Shown one piece after another: positions 54,825 to 64,000 of a stretch of DNA of 64,000 bases. How positions within the stretch are numbered: the first letter of the stretch is position 1; every line of letters begins with the position of its first letter. Source of the DNA: an uncultured Bacteroidales bacterium (GTDB lineage: Bacteria > Bacteroidota > Bacteroidia > Bacteroidales > Paludibacteraceae); assembly GCA_946403315.1 (NCBI GenBank), contig CAMIZK010000001.1, positions 1,588-65,587 of the forward strand. The letters are read 5' to 3'. Both the position numbers and the translations under genes were made by a program. Below the pieces are notes generated by a model. It worked only from the letters and a program-made list of their open reading frames with translations. It was not told the origin of the DNA and did not search any database.

Positions 54825-56222
54825 ATGCAAAGAACAGTAATTATCGATGCGTTAAAACGCACGGATTTTGGGTCAGAGATCAACGTGAGAGGATGGGTTC
54901 GCAGCCGTCGCGGCAATAAACAAGTGTCGTTTATTGCGCTGAATGACGGTTCGACGATCAAGAACATCCAGATCGTGGTGGACCTGGAGAAATTCGATGA
55001 GGAGCGACTCAAACCTGTGACTACCGGTTCGTGTATCTCAGCGACGGGTATCCTGGTAGAGAGTCAGGGAGCAGGTCAGGCGGTTGAGATTCAACTGAAG
55101 GATCTGGAAGTCTATGGTACCGCTGATCCGGAGAAATACCCGTTACAGAAGAAAGGTCTGAGTATGGAGTTTTTGCGTACTATCGCACATCTCCGTCCCC
55201 GTACCAACACCTTTGGTGCGGTATTCCGTATCCGTCATAACATGGCCATGGCGATTCACACCTATTTCCATGAGCATGGATACTTCTATTTCCACACGCC
55301 GCTCATCACGGCCAGTGACTGCGAAGGTGCCGGTCAGATGTTCCAGGTGACGACCAAGAACCTGTATAACCTCAAGTACGACGAGAACGGTCAGATCGAT
55401 TATAGCGACGATTTCTTCGGCAAACAGGCAGCGCTTACCGTTTCCGGGCAGTTGGAAGGTGAGTTAGGCGCCATGGCATTAGGAAAAATCTATACCTTCG
55501 GTCCTACGTTCCGTGCAGAGAACAGTAACACACCGCGTCACTTAGCGGAGTTCTGGATGATTGAGCCGGAAGTGGCGTTCATTCAGAAAGAGGAACTCAT
55601 GGACCTCGAAGAAGACTTCATCAAATACTGCGTTCGTTGGGCCTTAGAGCATTGTATGGATGACCTGGAGTTCCTCAACCAGTTTGTGGACAAGGGTCTG
55701 ATCGAGCGTCTGAAATCGGTGGTAGATACCGAGTTTGTCCGCCTACCCTACACCGAGGGTATTAACATCCTGCAGGAAGCCATCAAGAACGGTAAGAAGT
55801 TTGAGTTCCCCTGCAACTGGGGCGATGACTTGAGTTCGGAGCATGAGCGTTTCTTAGTGGAAGAGCACTTCAAGAAACCCGTCATCATGACCGACTATCC
55901 GAAGGATATCAAGGCGTTCTACATGAAGATCAACGAGGACGGAAAGACCGTGCAAGGTACCGACGTGCTGTTCCCGCAGATCGGTGAGATCATCGGCGGT
56001 AGTGTACGTGAGGAGAGTCTGGACCTGCTGAACGATGAGATTGAGCGTCGTCATATCCCGATGAAGGATATGTGGTGGTATTTGGACACCCGTCGTTTCG
56101 GTAGCGCACCGCACGCAGGCTTCGGTTTAGGCTTCGAGCGTCTGATGCTGTTCGTAACGGGTATGCAAAACATCCGTGACGTCATTCCGTTCCCGAGAAC
56201 ACCGAAAACGGCGGAGTTCTAA
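54825..56222 (+). CDS. asnS: Asparagine--tRNA ligase
   Basis: The 465-aa protein has an OB-fold N-terminus ([23 protein letters not shown]) and class II motifs ([34 protein letters not shown]). Confidence 0.92.
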   Translation: MQRTVIIDALKRTDFGSEINVRGWVRSRRGNKQVSFIALNDGSTIKNIQIVVDLEKFDEERLKPVTTGSCISATGILVESQGAGQAVEIQLKDLEVYGTADPEKYPLQKKGLSMEFLRTIAHLRPRTNTFGAVFRIRHNMAMAIHTYFHEHGYFYFHTPLITASDCEGAGQMFQVTTKNLYNLKYDENGQIDYSDDFFGKQAALTVSGQLEGELGAMALGKIYTFGPTFRAENSNTPRHLAEFWMIEPEVAFIQKEELMDLEEDFIKYCVRWALEHCMDDLEFLNQFVDKGLIERLKSVVDTEFVRLPYTEGINILQEAIKNGKKFEFPCNWGDDLSSEHERFLVEEHFKKPVIMTDYPKDIKAFYMKINEDGKTVQGTDVLFPQIGEIIGGSVREESLDLLNDEIERRHIPMKDMWWYLDTRRFGSAPHAGFGLGFERLMLFVTGMQNIRDVIPFPRTPKTAEF

Positions 56223-56223
56223 T

Positions 56224-56258
56224 TGAAAAATGAAAAATGAAAATTGAAAATTGAAAAT
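56224..56258. repeat. Intergenic heptamer array, TGAAAA(A/T) x5, immediately after the asnS stop
   Basis: tgaaaaa tgaaaaa tgaaaat tgaaaat tgaaaat. Confidence 0.9.
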
Positions 56259-56291
56259 TTCATATCATAAAAACACTAACAAACAATCGTT

Positions 56292-59200
56292 ATGAGACAA
56301 AAACTCTTTTCTCTGATGGCGGTGCTGATGCTGAGTGTAGCAGTTATGGCACAGACATCACTCAAGGGCCGCGTTATCGATGACGCTACACAACTGCCGG
56401 TTGTGGGAGCCAAGATAACTTTGGCGAATCAGAACATCTCAACCACGACGAATGCAGCGGGTGAGTTCTCGTTGCTGTATCTGGAAGCGATGGATGAGGA
56501 GATTCTGATTGAAGCAGACGGTTATGTCGTTGATCTTCAATTGATTAATCTCTTAGAGAACCAAGTGAACACGATGGATGACATCTTGCTCAAACAAGAC
56601 ATTGTGTCGCAGGCACAGGATGAGATCCTGCTGAACCTGACGGAAGAAGAGATGACGGATGATGAAGGTCGTTCGCAATCCCAGGCTTCGTCATCGTCTG
56701 CCTCAACGGATGTGTTCAATTCGAACACCTCTTTCGCTTGGTCCACCGCACGTTACCGTAACCGTGGTTATTCCTCCAACGTAGAGAACTACTACATCGA
56801 GGGTCTGAATTTCAGTTCTCAGGAACGCGGTCAGTTCAACTACTCTGCTATGGGTGGTCTGAATGATGCCAGTCGTTACAAAGAGGTGCTGAACCCGATG
56901 GAGGCGACCAACTTCACCTTTGGTGGTATCGGTCAATCGACCAATTACATGATGGGTGCAAGTCGTTATGCGCAAGGATGGAAAGTAGGTGCAGCGGGAA
57001 CGAACCGTAACTACAAAGCCCGTGTGAACGCTACGTATTCGAGTGGTGTGATGAACAACGGCTGGGCAGTAACGGCACAGTTGGCTTACCGTTTCTCTCC
57101 GTACGTGGACAACAAAGGTATCATCGGTGAAGGTATCAAGTACTATTCGTTGGGTTACTTCCTGACGGCCGAGAAGATCTGGGACAACGCCCGTTTGAAA
57201 CTCATCACTTTCGGTGCTCCGACAGAGCGTGGTCAGAACGCAGCGGTGACGCAAGAGGTGTATGACCTGACGGGATCGATCAACTACAACCCCTATTGGG
57301 GCTATCAGGACGGTAAGGTACGTAACAGTCGTATTGTGAAGTCGTATGACCCGACGGTGATTGCTGCTTATGAGTACAAGATCGATGAGCAGCAGAAGAT
57401 CAAAGCAGCCGTTGGATACCATTATTCCTGGTATTCGAACTCAGCGCTGAACTTCTTCAACGCGCCGGATCCCCGTCCGGATTATTACCGTAACCTGCCT
57501 TCGTTCTACTGGGACGGTCAGATTGCGAATCCGAACAATGAGACTTCCGCCGGTCAACTATTTGACGAGAACGGAAACCACTATCCGTGGGGTCTGTTCA
57601 TCGGAGAAGATATGAAGGGTGTGAACTTAGGTAGCGGTTTCGTAGGCGACGACGGTAACTTAGTGGGTCCGTCGGTAGATAAAGATATGTATAACAACCT
57701 CGTTCATCTGTGGCAGACGCGTGATAACAAGACGACGCAGATCGACTGGGCAAATATCTATGCCGCCAACTACGCCAACAATGCCAATGATGCGGCAAGT
57801 GATACAATTACATCGGCACGTTATATCTTGGAACGCCGTCACAATGACATCCAAGAGGCCAACGCTTCGTTTAACTACGTGAACGAGCAGTTTGATCATC
57901 TGCGTATGACCTTAGGTGTAGAAGGTAAGTTCTCCCAAGGTATTCATTATAAGACGATTGATGACTTGTTAGGTGGTAACCAATGGATCGATATTGATGC
58001 GTTTGCGGACCGTGATATCAAGGAATTGGCATCGAACGGCGGATTCACACAAGCCGATATCATCAATGTTCGTAAGAACGAAGTAGCAGAAGACTATGAT
58101 CCGATCGTGAAAGCGGACGGTCGCCGTTACGGTTATGACTACCGCATTAACATGGGCAATGCGAAGGTATGGTTTCAGAACGAATGGACGCTGAATGAGG
58201 TGGATCTGTACTATGCGCTGCAGTTGAACTACAGCATGATGCAACGTAGCACGAACATGCTCAACGGTCGTGCATGGTACCAGACGAAGATTGCGAAAGA
58301 GAAAGCGTTAGCAGGCGAAGAGATTGATCCGGCTATCTATTACGGTCACAAAGCTTACGAGCAGATCGAGGCAGCAACGGCAGCCGGTACGTTAAAGTCC
58401 GGTACGACCTATGTGGGTGACGCTCACCATTTCTTGGATCCGGCGTTTAAGTTAGGAGCCAACTATAAGATCAACGGTCGTAACCACCTGAAGCTGAATG
58501 TATTGGCAGAGACACGTGCACCATTTGCGCGTGATGCCTATATCTCGCAGCGTGTGTATGACCGCGTGTTGGATCAAATCTACGCACACGATAACGCCAA
58601 GAGTCTGAAGGACTTCTATGCAGCCAGTGAGAAAGTTGTTTCTGCGGATCTGACGTATGAGTTTAACTACCCGATCGTTCGTGGTCGTGTTACCGGATTC
58701 TTCACCCAGAGTTGGGATGGTTCGGAATTGAACGGATACTATGACGACGAGGCACGTACGTTTGTGAACCAGGCGATGTCGGGTATCGGTAAACGTTACA
58801 TGGGTATCGAGGCAGCAGCAGCCGTTAAGTTGGGTACGTACTTCACCTTGACCGGTGTGGCTTCGGTAGGTGACTATCGTTATACGACAGACGCTACTTC
58901 GATCACTTCTGCGGAAAACGGTATGCCGATGACGCAGGATAAATCCACGAAGGCGTTAGTATTTGAAACCAAAGATAAGGTGTTGCTGAAGGGCTTGAAG
59001 TTATCGAACGGACCGCAGGCGAACGCCAGCTTGAAGTTGAGTTTCTTCCACCCGAAGATGTGGTTCGCTGATGTAACAGTTAGTTACCATGACTGGAATT
59101 TCCTCAGTGTAGCTCCGAGTCGTCGTATGCAAGGTCTGTACACCGGTGTACGTGTGGACGGAACGGATGTGAACGGTTGGTTCGGCGATGAGAACGCGAA

Positions 59201-59633
59201 TGCGATCGAGACTACAGACGGTCAGATGTTACGCGTGACGGTGGATGAAGCGGGTAACGCTGTTTATGAGAATGCGGTATTGGATGCCAACGGTGTTCCG
59301 GTACTGAAATATCCGTATAACCTGATGACGATGCAAGAGAGTCTGGCAGCAACGAATCCGTTGAACCGCTTCCTGATCGATGCATCGGTAGGTAAGTTGA
59401 TCTATCTGCCGAACCGTCAGTCGGTATCTATCAACCTGAGTGTAACGAACTTAGGCAACAACACGCATTTCAAGACCGGAGGTTATCAACAAGCCCGTCT
59501 GCCGCGTGCCGTTCGTCAGGGAGAGAAAGACTACCAGAACTCGATCATCACCGCCAACGCATGGAAATACCCGTCGAAGTACTACTATGCTTGGGGAGCT
59601 AACTTCTTCTTAACCGTAACGTATAAATTCTAA
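56292..59633 (+). CDS. Large TonB-dependent-receptor-like outer-membrane protein with an N-terminal CarboxypepD_reg domain
   Basis: A signal peptide (VAVMAQT) is followed by LKGRVIDDATQLPVVGAKITL...NAAGEFSL. The body is about 1000 aa and beta-rich, ending in TVTYKF (terminal aromatic residue). Confidence 0.6.
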   Translation: MRQKLFSLMAVLMLSVAVMAQTSLKGRVIDDATQLPVVGAKITLANQNISTTTNAAGEFSLLYLEAMDEEILIEADGYVVDLQLINLLENQVNTMDDILLKQDIVSQAQDEILLNLTEEEMTDDEGRSQSQASSSSASTDVFNSNTSFAWSTARYRNRGYSSNVENYYIEGLNFSSQERGQFNYSAMGGLNDASRYKEVLNPMEATNFTFGGIGQSTNYMMGASRYAQGWKVGAAGTNRNYKARVNATYSSGVMNNGWAVTAQLAYRFSPYVDNKGIIGEGIKYYSLGYFLTAEKIWDNARLKLITFGAPTERGQNAAVTQEVYDLTGSINYNPYWGYQDGKVRNSRIVKSYDPTVIAAYEYKIDEQQKIKAAVGYHYSWYSNSALNFFNAPDPRPDYYRNLPSFYWDGQIANPNNETSAGQLFDENGNHYPWGLFIGEDMKGVNLGSGFVGDDGNLVGPSVDKDMYNNLVHLWQTRDNKTTQIDWANIYAANYANNANDAASDTITSARYILERRHNDIQEANASFNYVNEQFDHLRMTLGVEGKFSQGIHYKTIDDLLGGNQWIDIDAFADRDIKELASNGGFTQADIINVRKNEVAEDYDPIVKADGRRYGYDYRINMGNAKVWFQNEWTLNEVDLYYALQLNYSMMQRSTNMLNGRAWYQTKIAKEKALAGEEIDPAIYYGHKAYEQIEAATAAGTLKSGTTYVGDAHHFLDPAFKLGANYKINGRNHLKLNVLAETRAPFARDAYISQRVYDRVLDQIYAHDNAKSLKDFYAASEKVVSADLTYEFNYPIVRGRVTGFFTQSWDGSELNGYYDDEARTFVNQAMSGIGKRYMGIEAAAAVKLGTYFTLTGVASVGDYRYTTDATSITSAENGMPMTQDKSTKALVFETKDKVLLKGLKLSNGPQANASLKLSFFHPKMWFADVTVSYHDWNFLSVAPSRRMQGLYTGVRVDGTDVNGWFGDENANAIETTDGQMLRVTVDEAGNAVYENAVLDANGVPVLKYPYNLMTMQESLAATNPLNRFLIDASVGKLIYLPNRQSVSINLSVTNLGNNTHFKTGGYQQARLPRAVRQGEKDYQNSIITANAWKYPSKYYYAWGANFFLTVTYKF

Positions 59634-59638
59634 GAACT

Positions 59639-60865
59639 ATGAGAAAGTCTATTTATACATATGCAATGTTGCTGGCAATGCCGGTCATTGCGCTTATGAC
59701 CTCTTGTGAACCGCGTGAGTTAACGGAGGACGATGTATTCGTTCAGGAGAGTTCGTTAGACCAGATCCTTCAGGAAGAGAACGGCGATCAGGGATATAAG
59801 ATCTACGATCTGAATGAGTTCCTGGATACGTTCATGACCGAGGAAGGAAGTTTCCACAGCGACACTTGTCCGTACCGTGAACGCTCGTACGATGCTACGC
59901 ACGGTATCTATCTGTATTCGGTGGATACGCTACCGACCAACGGTGCCGGTATCTATATCCGTGGTCGTGTGACGACCGACGACTACGCCGGAAACTTCTA
60001 CAAAGCAATGGTGATCCAGCAGATCGTGAACGGTGAGCAGCAGAACCTTCGTATCTCGGTGGATCTGGGTTCGAGTGCCGGAATGTACCAGTTAGGTCAG
60101 GAAATCATTATCCGTTGTAACGGTCTGGCTGTAGGTCGTTATGCGAACCAGCCGCAGTTATGTATCCCGTCGTACAACAACAATATCTACGCGATGAACG
60201 CAAGCCAGAAAGTGGGCTGGTGTCCGGGACGTATCCAAGGTTCGGTATTCCGTAGAGCAACGCGTATGATCGGTACGCCTGACGTGAAGGCAATTCAAGT
60301 GGACGAGTTGACTATGGCTGATTTGTACACACAGATCGCATTAAAGCCGACGGCAGACGCTGCAGGTATGGATGCGGTTCGTAAAATGGACGGTCGCCTG
60401 ATTCGTCTGAAAGATGTGCATTTCACAGGTCAATACGATGACAGCGGTACGCTGAAAAACTGCGACACCACGGATCCGGATTCGGAAGGTGGAGGCGGAG
60501 CGAATGTGTTTGCACCTTCGACGCAGAATATCGGATATCCGCAGAGCCGTCTGTTAGGTGACCAAGGTTCGAATAAGTTAATGTGCTCGAGTTCGGAGTA
60601 CGCTAAGTTCGCTTACTACTACCTGCCGGGTGCAGACAAGAACGGCGTGACGAACTGCAAGAACTACGAAGGTACCGTAACGGGTATCTTAGGCTGGTAT
60701 CTGGACAAGGCATCGGACTTGGCACAAGGCAAGTTGGACGGCTATGAGTGGTCGGTAACGCCGCGTGGTATCCCCGGTATCGGTGTTATGGATATCGATA
60801 TGAAAGATACGCACGACGAGCCGTGGGTTCCTAAAGAGTACGATCCTAAGACTCAAGAAGAATAA
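59639..60865 (+). CDS. Putative lipoprotein partner of the preceding outer-membrane receptor (DUF5689-like, tentative)
   Basis: A lipobox (LMTSC) lies 5 nt after the receptor stop, so it is probably co-transcribed. The family assignment comes from memory of neighbourhood patterns only. Confidence 0.45.
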   Translation: MRKSIYTYAMLLAMPVIALMTSCEPRELTEDDVFVQESSLDQILQEENGDQGYKIYDLNEFLDTFMTEEGSFHSDTCPYRERSYDATHGIYLYSVDTLPTNGAGIYIRGRVTTDDYAGNFYKAMVIQQIVNGEQQNLRISVDLGSSAGMYQLGQEIIIRCNGLAVGRYANQPQLCIPSYNNNIYAMNASQKVGWCPGRIQGSVFRRATRMIGTPDVKAIQVDELTMADLYTQIALKPTADAAGMDAVRKMDGRLIRLKDVHFTGQYDDSGTLKNCDTTDPDSEGGGGANVFAPSTQNIGYPQSRLLGDQGSNKLMCSSSEYAKFAYYYLPGADKNGVTNCKNYEGTVTGILGWYLDKASDLAQGKLDGYEWSVTPRGIPGIGVMDIDMKDTHDEPWVPKEYDPKTQEE

Positions 60866-61363
60866 ATGAACTGGTTAGATGTTCTCATCTTATTACCTGT
60901 TCTGTATGGCCTGATAAGAGGCTTTATGCGCGGGTTTGTCTCCGAGGTCATCGCCTTTGCGGTGGTGATCTTCGGAGCACTCGGCGCACGACTTATCGCT
61001 CCGCCTGTATCGGGCGCTATCCGGTCAGCGTTTAATTGGGATGAAGGAACGTGCGATGTGATTGCCTATGTGGTGGTATTTATCGTCGTAGCCGTCATCC
61101 TTTCCCTGCTGGCCAAACAGGTCAACCGGTTTGTGCATGCTATCCATTTAGCGTGGCTGAACAGCGTGTTAGGCGGAGTATTCGGAGCATTAAAAGCATG
61201 TCTGCTGGTACTGATCGTGGTGTTTGTATTTGAACGCACGAATGAGGAGTATCACTATCTGGACAATGCGCCAATTATTCAGAAATCCACTTTGTATCCG
61301 AAGGCATCGGAAGCGACGCATGTATTATTTTCTTTCTCTCGGGAGCAACTTGGGGAACTGTGA
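60866..61363 (+). CDS. cvpA: CvpA-family membrane protein
   Basis: MNWLDVLILLPVLYGLIRGFMRGFVSEV is present, with 4 TM helices in 165 aa. Confidence 0.75.
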   Translation: MNWLDVLILLPVLYGLIRGFMRGFVSEVIAFAVVIFGALGARLIAPPVSGAIRSAFNWDEGTCDVIAYVVVFIVVAVILSLLAKQVNRFVHAIHLAWLNSVLGGVFGALKACLLVLIVVFVFERTNEEYHYLDNAPIIQKSTLYPKASEATHVLFSFSREQLGEL

Positions 61364-61772
61364 GCAGACGCTGCAGACAGCGCTGCAACAGATTGAACAG
61401 GAAGTAGGGCACGTAGATCGCTGCTCTTCTTTTTTCTATTCCGAGCCTTGGGGTTTCGAGAGCACCCACGGGTTTTGTAACCTCTGCTGCCGCGTAGAGA
61501 CGGAGTTGATGCCGTTAGAGGTACTGCATAAGACGCAGGCGATTGAACGGGCGTTGGGACGAACGCATAAGAGCATGGATGGCCATTATGCGGACCGAAC
61601 GATCGATATAGATCTGATACGGGTTTTTGATAAGGAGGGGAAAGAGATAAAATTAGCTATCAGCCATCAGCCGTCAGCCATCAGCGATGAGCCTCAATGG
61701 CTTACGCTCCCCCACCCGCTTTGGGAGCAGCGGGATTTTGTGAAGCTTCCATTAGCTGAGATAATGTACTGA
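61320..61772 (+). CDS. folK: 2-amino-4-hydroxy-6-hydroxymethyldihydropteridine diphosphokinase (HPPK)
   Basis: YFLSLGSNLGN, YSEPWGF, RTIDIDLI and LTLPHPLWEQRDFVKLPLAEI motifs are present. I place the start at ATG 61320, overlapping cvpA by 44 nt. It has an in-frame heptamer array (LAISHQPSAISDE). Confidence 0.85.
   Translation: MYYFLSLGSNLGNCEQTLQTALQQIEQEVGHVDRCSSFFYSEPWGFESTHGFCNLCCRVETELMPLEVLHKTQAIERALGRTHKSMDGHYADRTIDIDLIRVFDKEGKEIKLAISHQPSAISDEPQWLTLPHPLWEQRDFVKLPLAEIMY
61654..61688 (+). repeat. Heptamer array of the CAGCC(A/G)T family, in frame in folK (AISHQPSAISD)
   Basis: tagctat cagccat cagccgt cagccat cagcgat. Confidence 0.9.
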
Positions 61773-62139
61773 GGCGATAGGATATCGTGATATGACGGTT
61801 TCCTTCGGCATTAATCCGCTTCATCTCGGAGCGGAATAGTTTGCCGTGTGCCGAGGTGTCACGGAGTTGGTTGACGGCGATGTAATAATGGATCATCTCA
61901 TGGAGGATCGTGTCTTGGATGAGTTCTTCAGGTAAGTCAAAGCGGGTGTTAATGCGGAGAACGAATTTCTCATTACGTACCGAGCCGAAGAGCCAGGTAC
62001 GATGCCGCACAAAAGTCACCTTGCCGAGGAAGGTGCGGGCATGGGAGAGTTTGATGGGTATCGGAGGAAGGGAGCCGCCGAAATAACGGGCGTTGTACTC
62101 ATCAAAGCGGGCTTGTATGTAATCGAGCGTGGGGACCAT
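61702..62139 (-). CDS. SprT-like zinc metalloprotease-domain protein
   Basis: YFGGSLPPIPIKLSHARTFLGKV is followed by an HExxH motif (ILHEMIHYY). The start ATG shares one nucleotide with the upstream TAA (TAATG). Confidence 0.7.
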   Translation of the reverse strand: MVPTLDYIQARFDEYNARYFGGSLPPIPIKLSHARTFLGKVTFVRHRTWLFGSVRNEKFVLRINTRFDLPEELIQDTILHEMIHYYIAVNQLRDTSAHGKLFRSEMKRINAEGNRHITISYRLSTLSQLMEASQNPAAPKAGGGA

Positions 62140-62576
62140 TATGATTTGAGTTCCTGATAGATCATGGCACGGATGAAGTTATCGAAGCGGAAATAGTACT
62201 TCTGCTTGCCTGATTTGTCGGTCGGGGCTTGTGGGTCAGGGGCTCCTTTGAGTTGCGACTCAAAACGACGGCGGTACTCATCGAGAAGGGCGTGTTGCTC
62301 ATCGGAGGCGGTGTCAGGGAACTTATAGGCATAGATGAGGGCGGTGGTACGCTTAGCCGCTTCGCCGAAATGCTGCAGGTGGGCCAACTCGTTGCCTTGA
62401 GGAGGTGTTTGGTTGTAATCGCGTTTGTGTTTCTGCAGATAGACTTCCGGATCACATTGTTTAGTGATCGCACCTCTCGTGTCATGTAGATGCTTGACAC
62501 GCGTAATGAGTTCGTGTCTTGTGTCAAGGGCGCCTGTTGTGAGGTCAATGCCTGCTGAATAAGTTACTTTTGCCAT
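62139..62576 (-). CDS. Conserved hypothetical 145-aa protein (paralogue of 48079..48516)
   Basis: See 48079..48516. It has the same length, shared motifs, its own promoter and a leader bearing 11-nt repeats. Confidence 0.6.
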   Translation of the reverse strand: MAKVTYSAGIDLTTGALDTRHELITRVKHLHDTRGAITKQCDPEVYLQKHKRDYNQTPPQGNELAHLQHFGEAAKRTTALIYAYKFPDTASDEQHALLDEYRRRFESQLKGAPDPQAPTDKSGKQKYYFRFDNFIRAMIYQELKS

Positions 62577-62669
62577 ATTGTGTGTATTTTTGAATTGCTT
62601 TTGGGTATTTAGAGGGTAAGGACTCTATAGTGCCGTTGTAAGGTGGTCCGTGGATGAAACCGATTATAA

Positions 62670-62735
62670 CCTACTAATTACCTACTAACCACCTACTAAT
62701 CACCTACTAAATACATACTAATCTCATACTAGAGT
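62670..62735 (-). repeat. Six tandem 11-nt repeats in the 5' leader of the 145-aa gene 62139..62576
   Basis: Plus strand: cctactaatta cctactaacca cctactaatca cctactaaata catactaatct catactagagt. The sense-strand consensus is TTAGTAGGTnn. Confidence 0.9.
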
Positions 62736-62750
62736 ATGCTAAATTTGATG

Positions 62751-62783
62751 CAAAGGTACAACAAAAAAATGAGATATGCAAGG
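62751..62783 (-). promoter_or_regulatory. Promoter of the 145-aa gene 62139..62576 and the coupled SprT-like gene (long leader)
   Basis: Sense strand: cTTGCATATCTCATTTTTTTGTTG-TACCTTTG, with 20-nt spacing. The ATG is about 170 nt downstream. Confidence 0.75.
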
Positions 62784-62812
62784 AAAAGATGAAAAAAATG
62801 CTAAAATTTATA

Positions 62813-62851
62813 AAAAACGGTATCCCGGGACAGCGGAATCACGGAATACCG
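62813..62851 (-). terminator. Possible terminator downstream of the WG-repeat gene
   Basis: Sense strand: CGGTAT...(long loop containing CCCGGGA)...ATACCG followed by TTTTTT. Confidence 0.35.
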
Positions 62852-62933
62852 AAGAAAGAGGAGAGAGCCCGAATATGATTCAGGATTATGGACGAAGCGG
62901 ATCTAGCGACAATGATGTCGCCAAAATGCACGA

Positions 62934-63983
62934 TTAGTCATTCATTTGGGCACATTGCAATGCTAATGGATAGTACGGGGTGCCTTCAAACCGCTGAAGC
63001 ATCAATTCTCTGCAATCAGGTTTCATATGTTCCGGTATTCTATGGGCACTGTTTTGCTGATTAACAGGTTCTTGCGGCCAACTATAGATCACTTCGCCTT
63101 GCAGGTTCATATAATAATACCAGTACGGTTGATTCCAATCAAAAATCAGGCAAAGTCCATTATGATAATAGCCACATACATTACTGGCCGGCTCTTGCAT
63201 CGGTTCCAATTCTAAGATCTTTTGTCCTTGCAAATTTATCAACGTACAAACGACTATACTATTTTCGTTCCGTGCACGGACCCAAGCATATCCATTACAG
63301 AAAGGTTCTGCGTATTCATATTGATAGGGAATCTGTAACGTACCATTTTTATCTATATAGCCATATTTTGCGTTAGCACCCACATTATTTTCTTTAACCG
63401 GCATAAGACCTCCGTCACCAAAGAAACTATTATATTCTATTGTTATAAAGGGTTCCGTAATTATATTTCCTTGGGTATCTATTAATCCAGCGTGATAATC
63501 TCCATTTTTCAATCGATATAACAATCTGTCATTTCCTGCGGATTGAAGAAATTTGTAAATCGTATCAATTACCACTTCGCCTTTGGTATTTATAGCACGA
63601 TATCTATCATAAACCAAGGACATATCATTCAAATCCATATAATCTTCAACTACGGCTAATCCATCACAGAAATCATCCCGTTTTTCATAGATATTACCAT
63701 CCACTCCATTAATATGGCTGGAAATGACCAATTCACCGGCTTTATTGAAATAGCCGAGCACAGATGAGGCCAAGCCGTCTTTGGTCATGACGCCCAATCT
63801 AATACCCGAATATTTACCATCAGGAATAATCGGGTTAAAATGCGTATCCATCATGCCAATATTGTCCACGCAACCAAACCTGCAACACCCATAGTAAAAA
63901 TAATGATCAGTAAAAGCATAATACTGTGGAAGAGAGAAAAGAATTTTTCCGTGTTTGTCAATAAAAGCTTGCTGATGACCCAT
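62934..63983 (-). CDS. WG-repeat (KWG-like) protein; the N-terminus may lie beyond the window
   Basis: Modules of the type KYGYIDKNGTLQIPYQYEYAEPFCNGYAWV, FNKAGELVIS and INTKGEVVIDTIYKFL recur. Confidence 0.6.
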   Translation of the reverse strand: MGHQQAFIDKHGKILFSLPQYYAFTDHYFYYGCCRFGCVDNIGMMDTHFNPIIPDGKYSGIRLGVMTKDGLASSVLGYFNKAGELVISSHINGVDGNIYEKRDDFCDGLAVVEDYMDLNDMSLVYDRYRAINTKGEVVIDTIYKFLQSAGNDRLLYRLKNGDYHAGLIDTQGNIITEPFITIEYNSFFGDGGLMPVKENNVGANAKYGYIDKNGTLQIPYQYEYAEPFCNGYAWVRARNENSIVVCTLINLQGQKILELEPMQEPASNVCGYYHNGLCLIFDWNQPYWYYYMNLQGEVIYSWPQEPVNQQNSAHRIPEHMKPDCRELMLQRFEGTPYYPLALQCAQMND

Positions 63984-64000
63984 TAGGTTCGCTTGATACC

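Noticed and set aside
1-64000. A search for a mobile element, prophage or genomic island (integrase, transposase, tRNA target, direct repeats).
   Set aside because: No integrase, transposase or phage-like ORFs were found and no tRNA genes were recognised. Gene content is core-chromosome-like apart from the surface and envelope genes.

Overview
This window is a chromosomal segment of a Bacteroidota (Bacteroidales-type) genome. The assignment rests on 13 promoters of the TTTG-N19/20-TAnnTTTG type, TonB-dependent and CarboxypepD_reg outer-membrane proteins, a DUF1573 protein, and a giant surface protein with a T9SS-like C-terminal domain. I call 44 densely packed protein genes, many with 1-4 nt start/stop overlaps. 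I recognised no rRNA, tRNA, CRISPR array, transposase or integrase. The housekeeping genes are mtaB (partial), an AddA/AddB-like helicase-nuclease pair, pepT, gcvT, rluB-like, rpmF, mutS2, a DAHP synthase/chorismate mutase, a RelA/SpoT protein, meaB, dnaB, asnS, cvpA and folK. The envelope and accessory genes are two tandem acyl-CoA ligases, an MMPL exporter with two ABC-2 permeases, a GT4 / small DMT-like / LTA-synthase-like operon, a 3164-aa cadherin-like repeat protein, and several TonB-dependent receptors and lipoproteins. Four things stand out. (1) More than 20 short tandem arrays have a 7-nt unit. Many sit in frame inside conserved enzymes and are translated as NLQSPIS, ANGEGRK/ANGERLT, QPSAISH/SRQHSAV or VTRNPSP. 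They keep a fixed orientation relative to the coding strand. One array replaces the 5' end of the DAHP synthase gene. (2) A translationally coupled small lipoprotein and radical SAM/SPASM enzyme pair has no known function. (3) Two paralogous 145-aa proteins each follow a roughly 165-nt leader carrying 5-6 tandem 11-nt repeats, and one of them is coupled by TAATG to a SprT-like protease. (4) A 45-bp promoter-plus-hairpin cassette occurs twice, and a pair of divergent promoters shares a 16-bp palindromic -33 element. All calls come from reading the sequence and from recalled family motifs; no searches were run.
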